Assembly: GCA_002269645.1 (NCBI GenBank)
Contig: NIVC01003698.1
Location: forward strand, 18,241 to 82,240
Reading direction: 5' to 3'
Length of the DNA: 64,000 nucleotides
Source of the DNA: Macrostomum lignano
Taxonomy: Eukaryota
Under the pieces are notes generated by a model. It did not search any database. It was not told the DNA's origin and saw only the letters and a program-made list of their open reading frames with translations. The position numbers and the translations under genes were made by a program. Positions 55,691-64,000 of this stretch are shown here, piece after piece (the first letter of the stretch is position 1; each line of letters starts with the position of its first letter).

Positions 55691-57367
55691 AGTTGGCTCA
55701 GGCAAGAAGCCTGTTTGGCCAATATATTTCTGTGTATTTAAGATTAGGCCTACTTCAGAAATAGGAGACAATATTTTAGCATTAGTTATTTAATTACGAT
55801 TAGTACTAGTTTTGCAATATGGTATTTGAAAGAACGCGGAAATGTTATTAACGAAACTTGGACGACTAACGAAGCGAAAGAAAAAGCAAGGAGTTAAATT
55901 GCGTGAAATTTATGTATGTAGTCGGCGGTATTGCACAAAACAGCTTAGTCCTTACGTTATAAAAGTAAATCATATAGATATTAATTAGATAACAACAAAA
56001 TTGTATAAAATATAAAATTTGAAAGAGCGCATTGGGTTTTTTATTATGAATCTCATGAATCTTAAAAACTAATTTTTTAAATAAAAAACTGGCTATAACA
56101 AAGCTGTAAAGATTAAACTAATTAAAATCAGACAAAAACTTTTTTTTGCTTTTTGATAACTTAAAATAAGAGCTATTAAAATATCTTATGTTACTACTCA
56201 ATTTCTCGCAGTTTCAACGTGTTGCATCAAGTGCTACTTTTAAAAAAACGTTTTTTAAATGATCTTACTAGCATCAAGCAGCAAATTTAAGTGCGGCGGA
56301 AGTGCCATCCGATAAGCCTCCTCAGATCATGTCCGAATAATACAGGTTGATGTGTGGATTTCCCGTAAGATATTTACAAAGATCGATAAATTTAAAAGAG
56401 CGATGGTAAATTTCGAAAAAACATTATTCAGCTTACAAACTATCGTTTAAATCTGTCAGAGAACACACAAAGGAAAGGTCGAAAGGATCTGTTCTTCAAT
56501 CATCAATATAGGCCTACAGTTCTTGATTTCTGAGGTTGCATGTCTTGCCTACAGCTTTAAAAAGCGCTAGAAGAGGCAAAAAAATTGGGATTGGAACAAG
56601 TTCTAGATAACTTCAAAGGTGTAATTAGTAATAATTCGTTCTGTTAAATTATGAAGACCCTATGTTTAATGTTAGCTTGCCACCTAGTCTTGTCATGACA
56701 TTAAAATTTAGGACTTTTTGAACGTTAAGTAGATAAAATAGTTGTAGTTTCACTGATAGGATCATGATTTTGTCTATATCAAGGTTTTTTATGATGCTGA
56801 TTAAAAATTTGAGCTTCATTTTTCAACCTTAATTTAAAGCTTGGCCCATAGGGAATGGTTGATGGTCATTTTGTCTGCTGCCAGTTTGTCTGCCACTCTT
56901 TTGTCTGCAAAAATATGATGCAGTCATTTTGTCTGCCAACGGCAACAAAAAATATTAAATATTATGATATCAATTATATTCATATATAGATAATATTAAA
57001 ATGAAATATCTAGACTAGAGTCTAGACTAGGCCCTATACTCCATTTTGCAGATGGTGGGTTGTATGCCAGAAAATTCAGTTCCGTTTTCTATTTTCCATT
57101 TTTAAGTTCAATAAAGGTATCTCTATTGAAGTTTAAGCAAGTATTTTTGAGACTAAAGAAGAGATGCAGGCTATCCTATAGAATTATTTATTCATAAAAT
57201 TATTTTTTGCTTAAATTTGATTCATTTTTATTTTAGAGTCCAAAAATATAAAAGAAGTGAATAAATTAACTGTTTAATAAGAACTAGCAAAATGATTTGT
57301 TTTAGTCAATTGGTACAATGGTATAATCCAACTTGAGGCCACTGGTTGTCTAGCCTTTTAGAAAGTA

Positions 57368-57917
57368 TATTGTCCATCAAAAGTTCTGGAACCCTTGCTA
57401 CGATGACTTTTAGCAGACATAATTTCAAGCCCCTAAAAAACAGGGTCTATGTCAACAAGCCAGCTTAGCAAAATGCTGGTTGTTAGCACTGAGATGCGGT
57501 AAAGAATTGTGACGTTACGATAGGATCATCCTCTCGATGTACAGTCGCTGCAAAGCTGTAATTCGTGCATAGGGCAGCGCAACTCACTGTTGAGAATTAC
57601 TCTTCCATTTAAATTCAGGACGCCATCTGTTTTTGTATGCCGGCAGCAAGTGTGTAAATAGCCCTGTGTGTTTGCTCCATAGACTTAGCAACCATAGACA
57701 ATTGCTTGTTTGTCTTTTCCTCACTTTTTTTCTCTAACCTTTATGTACATAACACTGGCCTGTTCACACGCGCTCCTTCGAATAAACTTTTTCTTGACCA
57801 CATCATGGAGCTAAGATCTGCAGCTTTCATTTGAATCAAGTTACAATTGAAATGGACTGAAATTATGTCCGCTAGAAGACATCGTAGCAAGGGTTCTGGA
57901 ACTTTTGACAGACAGTA
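57368..57917. mobile_element. TA-flanked MITE, 550 bp (Tc1/mariner-type)
   Basis: Imperfect TIR of about 40 bp (tattgtccatcaaaagttctggaacccttgctacgatg versus the reverse complement of catcgtagcaagggttctggaacttttgacagacagta), with TA at 57366-57367 and 57918-57919. Confidence 0.75.
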
Positions 57918-59314
57918 TAGCAGTCAAAAAATAAGCAATGGCTTGACTTGAATCCTAGTATTGGCAGCTTGGCAACTAATTTTTCAATCTCAAATGCAAC
58001 GCATCTCCCTCTTAAGGTCTCCCCCCTATACTATCATAGCCTTTTGACCATAGACATATTTTTATATTTGTGTGTGCAAAACTGATACTATTTTAAGAAT
58101 TCTTGATATATCAATGCACAAATTAAAATGTTGTGGAGATGTGTCCTGAATAAAATTACCCAGTTATATCATTACCCAAGGTTGAAGTGTACCCTTATAT
58201 TGTGTTGTGGCAACTGACTATAACAAACAATTTTGCTGCCAATATATGTTAAACAGTTAATTTGTTCACTTGTTTCATATGTTTGACTCTAAAAATAGAA
58301 AGAAATTGAACTGAAACCAAAAAAATATTTAACAAATGATTCTTTATATGCAATATGATCATGGCATAAAGTTTAATCTTGGCTTTAGTAAAGAAGGCTT
58401 ATGTGTATATTTGAAAGTTTCTATGAAAGAAGTGGCTAGACATGATAGGCATTGTTTTGCTCTTTCAATTAAAACAAAGTCCAGGCATAAACTTCTTAAA
58501 TTTTTGACAAAAATGGAAGACCATAAGTACATCTTTGTGATGCAACATAGACAAGACTTGTTTTAGTTTGAATGACAATAATGCAGCAGACTGATATATT
58601 TGCTGAGTAAGATAATCACAATGAAGAAAAACTAGATGTAGTTATTTAAATATGAACTGGTATAAAATGATATTTGAGTTATCAATAAAAGTTAGAGTAG
58701 AAAGCACATTATGTATGCATTGATGTACACATGAGTGGGGTGCATGCTTGTCATGGTAAGCAGGGCACAAAGTGAGTCAAAGTTTAATAGCTAGCCAGTC
58801 GATAGTCAGCGACAACCTCCAACATGTCACTTTGAAAATATGGGTTCTCGATTCCCATATTATTAATATTATGCTCTTTAAGATTTAATTTTTGCATGAA
58901 ATATTTGCCTTGGATTCTAACAACAATGAAAAACAATGGCATCAAATGTTAGCTCTGTTTCTGCATAATAATTTTTAGCAGCAATTCCAACTGGTATATT
59001 TACTTTATTTCTTATAATTAATTTTTTAAGTAACATTTTATACAATAATAAACTAGTCATTTTTTTTTAATTTTGATGCTTAGTCTTATAAAAATGTAAT
59101 TTAAGTTGAAGGAGTTAGCTAATAGTGTATTGTTTCTCAGGGTCTCTGGTATATCATTCTCTTTAAAATCAATATAATCGATATTTTCATTATATTCCTG
59201 CTCATGCCATTCCTAGAAGCACCCGCGAGCGCCAGGACTTGTGGCTCTGGCAGTGCCGGCAACGTTAACATTTCTACTCGTAGGAACCAGCATCGCGTAG
59301 CCAAGGAAAAAAAT

Positions 59315-62073
59315 ATGCGCATCCCATTATCTGTTCCCACTACTCTATTTAGAAGTAGGCGCGCGAGTACAAATTCTAGAAAGATTCTATCGGCAGCAAT
59401 GAGCTTAGCCAACAATGGCCTGGCTGCGTGTGTTGACGCCGCCGCCGATGCCCTGCTTCGAGGCGGCATCGTTGCCCTGCCAACTGACACTGTCTATGGC
59501 CTGGCCTGTCTGGCCGACTGCCCAGTCGCTGTTGGTCGCGTCTACGCCGTCAAAGGCCGCTCAAGCAGCAAACCACTGGCCGTGTGCCTGGACTCGGCTG
59601 CTCGAGTGCCCGATTATACGATTCCGCAGGTGAGTGGGGGCTGGTGTCTCGTGTTTTAGTAGCGTTTTGATCCGTGTCCTGAAAGAGCTGTTTTATTGGG
59701 TCCGTGTCCTAAAAGAGCTGTTTTATTGGGTCCGTGTCCTAAAAGAGCTGTTTTATTGGGTCCGTGTCCTAAAAGAGCTGTTTTATTGAGTCCGTGTCCT
59801 AAAAGAGCTGTTTTATTGGGTCCGTGTCCTAAAAGAGCTGTTTTATTGGGTCCGTGTCCTAAAAGAGCTGTTTTATTGGGTCCGTGTCCTAAAAGAGCTG
59901 TTTTATTGGGTCCGTGTCCTAAAAGAGCTGTTTTATTGAGTCCGTGTCCTAAAAGAGCTGTTTTATTGGGTCCGTGTCCTAAAAGAGCTGTTTTATTGGG
60001 TCCGTGTCCTAAAAGAGCTGTTTTATTGGGTCCGTGTCCTAAAAGAGCTGTTTTATTGGGTCCGTGTCCTAAAAGAGCTGTTTTATTGAGTCCGTGTCCT
60101 AAAAGAGCTGTTTTATTGGGTCCGTGTCCTGAAAGAGCTGTTTTTTATTGAGTCCGTGTCCTAAAAGAGCTGTTTTATTGGGTCCGTGTCCTGAAAGAGC
60201 TGTTTTTTATTGAGTCCGTGTCCTAAAAGAGCTGTTTTATTGGGTCCGTGTCCTAAAAGAGCTGTTTTATTGGGTCCGTGTCCTAAAAGAGCTGTTTTAT
60301 TGGGTCCGTGTCCTGAAAGAGCTGTTTTTTATTGAGTCCGTGTCCTAAAAGAGCTGTTTTATTGGGTCCGTGTCCTGAAAGAGCTGTTTTTTATTGAGTC
60401 CGTGTCCTAAAAGAGCTGTTTTATTGAGTCCGTGTCCTAAAAGAGCTGTTTTATTGGGTCCGTGTCCTAAAAGAGCTGTTTTACGCTCGTATTGAGTCCG
60501 TGTCCTAAAACAGCTGTTTTATTGGGTCCGTGTCCTAAAAGAGCTGTTTTATTGGGTCCGTGTCCTAAAAGAGCTGTTTTATTGAGTCCGTGTCCTAAAA
60601 GAGCTGTTTTATTGAGTCCGTGTCCTAAAAGAGCTGTTTTATTGGGTCCGTGTCCTAAAAGAGCTGTTTTATTGAGTCCGTGTCCTAAAAGAGCTGTTTT
60701 ATTGGGTCCGTGTCCTAAAAGAGCTGTTTTATTGAGTCCGTGTCCTAAAAGAGCTGTTTTATTGAGTCCGTGTCCTAAAAGAGCTGTTTTATTGAGTCCG
60801 TGTCCTAAAAGAGCCGTTTCATTGAGTCCGTGTCTCAAAAGGGCCGTTTCATTGAGTCCGTGTCCTAAAAGAGCTGTTTTATTGAGTCCGTGTCCTAAAA
60901 GAGCTGTTTTATTGGGTCCGTGTCCTAAAAGAGCTGTTTTATTGGGTCCGTGTCCTAAAAGAGCTGTTTTATTGGGTCCGTGTCCTAAAAGAGCTGTTTT
61001 ATTGAGTCCGTGTCCTAAAAGAGCTGTTTTATTGAGTCCGTGTCCTAAAAGAGCTGTTTTATTGGGTCCGTGTCCTAAAAGAGCTGTTTTATTGAGTCCG
61101 TGTCCTAAAAGAGCTGTTTTATTGGTCCGTGTCCTAAAAGAGCTGTTTATTGAGTCCGTGTCCTAAAAGAGCTGTTTTATTGGGTCCGTGTCCTAAAAGA
61201 GCTGTTTTATTGAGTCCGTGTCCTAAAAGAGCTGTTTTATTGAGTCCGTGTCCTAAAAGAGCTGTTTTATTGAGTCCGTGTCCTAAAAGAGCTGTTTTAT
61301 TGAGTCCGTGTCCTAAAAGAGCCGTTTCATTGAGTCCGTGTCTCAAAAGGGCCGTTTCATTGAGTCCGTGTCTCAAAAGGGCCGTTTCATTGAGTCCGTG
61401 TCCTAAAAGAGCCGTTTCATTGAGTCCGTGTCTCAAAAGGGCCGTTTCATTGAGTCCGTGTCATAAAAGGGTCGTTTCATTGAGCGCTGTTGAGCAGTTT
61501 TAAGTTTGAAGTGTGAGTGTCTAACGGCATAAATCTCCAAATAAATATTTGCTTAATACAGAGCCATAATCATGCATCGCAGGACGGCTGCAGCGTTAAC
61601 GCCGCTCTGCTCAAAGACCTGCTGCCGGCCCAGTTACTCTGGTGCTGCCGCGCGCCCCGCCTAAGCGACCGGCTCAATCCGGCGTCTCAGCCGTCGGCAT
61701 CCGCGTGCCCGACCACCCGTTCATCCTGGCTCTGTGCCGTCGAATTCGCCGGCCAGTGGCTCTGACCTCGGCTAATGCTAGCGGCGCCTCGGACAGTCTC
61801 CGGCCGGACGACTTTAGCGGCCTGTGGCCGGACATTGACCTGCTGATTGATGGCGGCTGCTTGAAGCCCGGCCCGGCCAGTACAGTAGTTGAACTCATGC
61901 CGGCAGCTCGGCTGTACCGCGTACTGCGCACCGGCAGAGCTCTGGAGTCAACTGCCTGCAGGCTGGCCCGCCACGGCTACCGGCTTGAGGGTGCTGAAGC
62001 CTGCAGCAGCGGAGTCGCCGCCGCTGGCCCCGATGACTGCCGCCTGCCCGTACCTTTGCAAGTTGCGAGTTGA
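59315..62073 (+). CDS. YRDC: Threonylcarbamoyl-AMP synthase (YrdC/Sua5), 2 exons; exon 2 has apparent frameshifts at about 61627, 61655 and 61680
   Basis: Exon 59315-59629 (GGIVALPTDTVYGLACLA..VYAVKGRSSSKPLAVC) and exon 61583-62073 (LLKDLLP/PVTLVL, GIRVPDHPF, PVALTSAN, LWPDIDLLIDGG, STVVEL). The start could be 59315 or 59399. Confidence 0.9.
59670..61485. repeat. 30-bp minisatellite, about 60 copies, filling the YRDC intron
   Basis: (gtccgtgtcctaaaagagctgttttattg[g/a])n. Confidence 0.97.
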
Positions 62074-62149
62074 AAATCTGTGACAATGTGCTATCTGTGT
62101 TACTTACAATAGTAGCTTGCTATCACAAAGGCAATTGCTGGAATTCTGT

Positions 62150-62660
62150 GGCTTTGGAGGAATTGCTGAGATTTCAAGGCTCATGGGGGGAATTGCTGAG
62201 ATTTCAAGGCTAATGGGGGGAATTGCTGAGATTTCAAGGCTAATGGGGGAATTGCTGAGATTTCAAGGCTCATGGGGGTAATTGCTGAGATTTCAAGGCT
62301 CATGGGGGAATTGCTGAGATTTCAAGGCTAATGGGGGGAATTGCTGAGATTTCAATGCTAATGGGGGAATTGCTGAGATTTCAAGGCTAATGGGGGAATT
62401 GCTGAGATTTCAAGGCTCATGGGGTAATTGCTGAGATTTCAAGGCTCATGGGGGAATTGCTGAGATTTCAAGGCTCATGGGGGAATTGCTGAGATTTCAA
62501 TGCTAATGGGGGAATTGCTGAGATTTCAAGGCTAATGGGGGAATTGCTGAGATTTCAAGGCTAATGGGGAATTGCTGAGAAACTAATGGGGAAATTGCTG
62601 AGATTTCAAGGCTCATGGGGGAATTGCTGAGATTTCAAGGCTCATGGGGGAATTGCTGAG
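62150..62660. repeat. About 28-bp minisatellite
   Basis: (ggggaattgctgagatttcaaggct[c/a]at)n. Confidence 0.95.
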
Positions 62661-63249
62661 AGGGTCACTGTGCACCCTGTGTGAGCGTGTGTATGAGTGC
62701 GTGTCTGCGTACAGTATTGGCGCGATATCTGTCTACAACTCATTTCCGAGCACTTCGGCATATTGGTTGCTGTATTCTGCTCATCGCAAATGGTTGGTCC
62801 AAAATGAAAAGCAAAATTGGAACCGGCCTTAAAGACGGTTTTTGTGACGAGTTACTTTGATGTACTATTTGATGTATTATTATTAATAAAGTTAACAGCC
62901 CCATCTGCTCGAGTTAAGTTTTCAAAAAATGTTGATAGTCAATGTAGGCACAGTCCTGTACTGTATTTGTCCTTTCAACCTCGAGTAACTCTTAAGCATT
63001 GCATTCAATTATAACAGAAGTGTGCCCTCTTTTAGCAGGGTAACAGTTTCAGTTGTTGAGTTGAGTTTGGCGAAAGATTCTTCATAGCTTCAGTGTTGAA
63101 TAGTAGCATATTGCTATCTGTCAAGTTTGGCTGCAGGATTCTGCGATTCTGAGAAAGTGTTGCTAAATGACTTTTAGACTTATTTTTATATACTCGTACA
63201 ACTCTTAAAAACGATTCATTCGTGCGGCTGTCAAAATGTGCTCTTAACC

Positions 63250-63845
63250 CCTGAGTTCATCCTGGACTCTCACCCCTCCATGAGTTCATTCTGGACTCTC
63301 ATTCCTCCCTGAGTTCATTCTGGACTCTCACCCCCTTCCTGATTTTATTCTGGACTCTCACCCCTTCCTGATTTCATTCTGGACTCTCATTCCCTTCCTG
63401 ATTTCATTCTGGACTCTCACCCCTCCCTGAGTTAATTCTGGACTCTCACCCCTTCCTGATTTCATTCTGGACTCTCATTCCCTCCCTGAGTTCATTCTGG
63501 ACTCTCAACCCCTCCTTAGTTCATTCTGGACTCTCATTCCCTCCCTGAGTTTATTATGGACTCTCACCCCCTTCCTGATTTCATTCTGGACTCTCACCCC
63601 CTCCATGAGTTCATTCTGGACTCTCAACCCCCTTAGTTCATTCTGGACTCTCACCCCTCCCTGAGTTCATTCTGGACTCTCAACCCCTCCCTTAGTTCAT
63701 TCTGGACTCTCAAACCCTCCTTAGTTCATTCTGGACTCTCACCCCCTCCTGAGTTCATTCTGGCCTCTCAACCCTCCCTTAGTTCATTCTGGACTCTCAT
63801 TCCCTCCTGAGTTTATTCTGGACTCTCATTCCCTCCCTGAATTTC
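63250..63845. repeat. About 29-bp minisatellite
   Basis: (gagttcattctggactctcacccctccct)n variants. Confidence 0.93.
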
Positions 63846-64000
63846 AGCCACTCCCTCCCCAGCCATCTGTAATTCTCAAGCTGGCGAACGGGCCGAGCAC
63901 TATAGGGGAAAGTCGTATGCGTATTCTTTATAAAAGCAATGCTCAGGAAAAGCGGTAAAGAAGTAGCCATGATTTAATGGCTAACGTATTTCTGAGTCTA

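Noticed and set aside
59204-59314. Upstream ATG at 59204 as the YRDC start
   Set aside because: The extra 37 residues are neither presequence-like nor homologous; probably upstream of the TSS.
59696-61503. PCPKRAVLL / LGHGLNKTA repeat ORFs
   Set aside because: They are the 30-bp intronic minisatellite of YRDC, bounded by a clear donor (59630) and acceptor (61582).
63860-64000. Possible ncRNA or element end at the window edge
   Set aside because: No recognisable snRNA, SL RNA or tRNA motif, and the sequence is truncated.

Overview
This is animal (metazoan) nuclear DNA, not prokaryotic. GC-rich spliced exons with GT-AG introns alternate with AT-rich spacers, and most long introns carry their own mini- or microsatellite. 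That style suggests the flatworm Macrostomum, which is an inference only. I rebuilt gene models by hand with splice phases checked: a two-exon Ly6/three-finger (quiver/sleepless-like) GPI protein (-), a 14+ exon MADD/DENN gene (-), a seven-exon LIM-domain-binding protein LDB/Chip (+), an intronless WIP/verprolin (+), an intronless p62/SQSTM1 (-), a RING plus beta-propeller (NHL-like) gene with one frameshift (-), and YRDC/Sua5 (+) with clustered frameshifts. There is also an unidentified small spliced gene and an orphan ORF. Mobile DNA includes a decayed DD37D (maT) Tc1/mariner with both TIRs, a MITE with an 8-bp TSD and a 150-bp internal hairpin, a TA-flanked MITE, two copies of a tRNA-derived SINE, and a 5'-truncated LINE inserted into a minisatellite. 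I found no CRISPR array, rRNA or complete tRNA, and no multi-gene system I could defend as new. The best leads are the LIR-less p62 beside a B-box-less RING-propeller gene, the hairpin-bearing MITE, the intron-private minisatellites, the 74-bp hairpin array with C/D-box-like motifs, and the unidentified YIVHPEWVSE gene.
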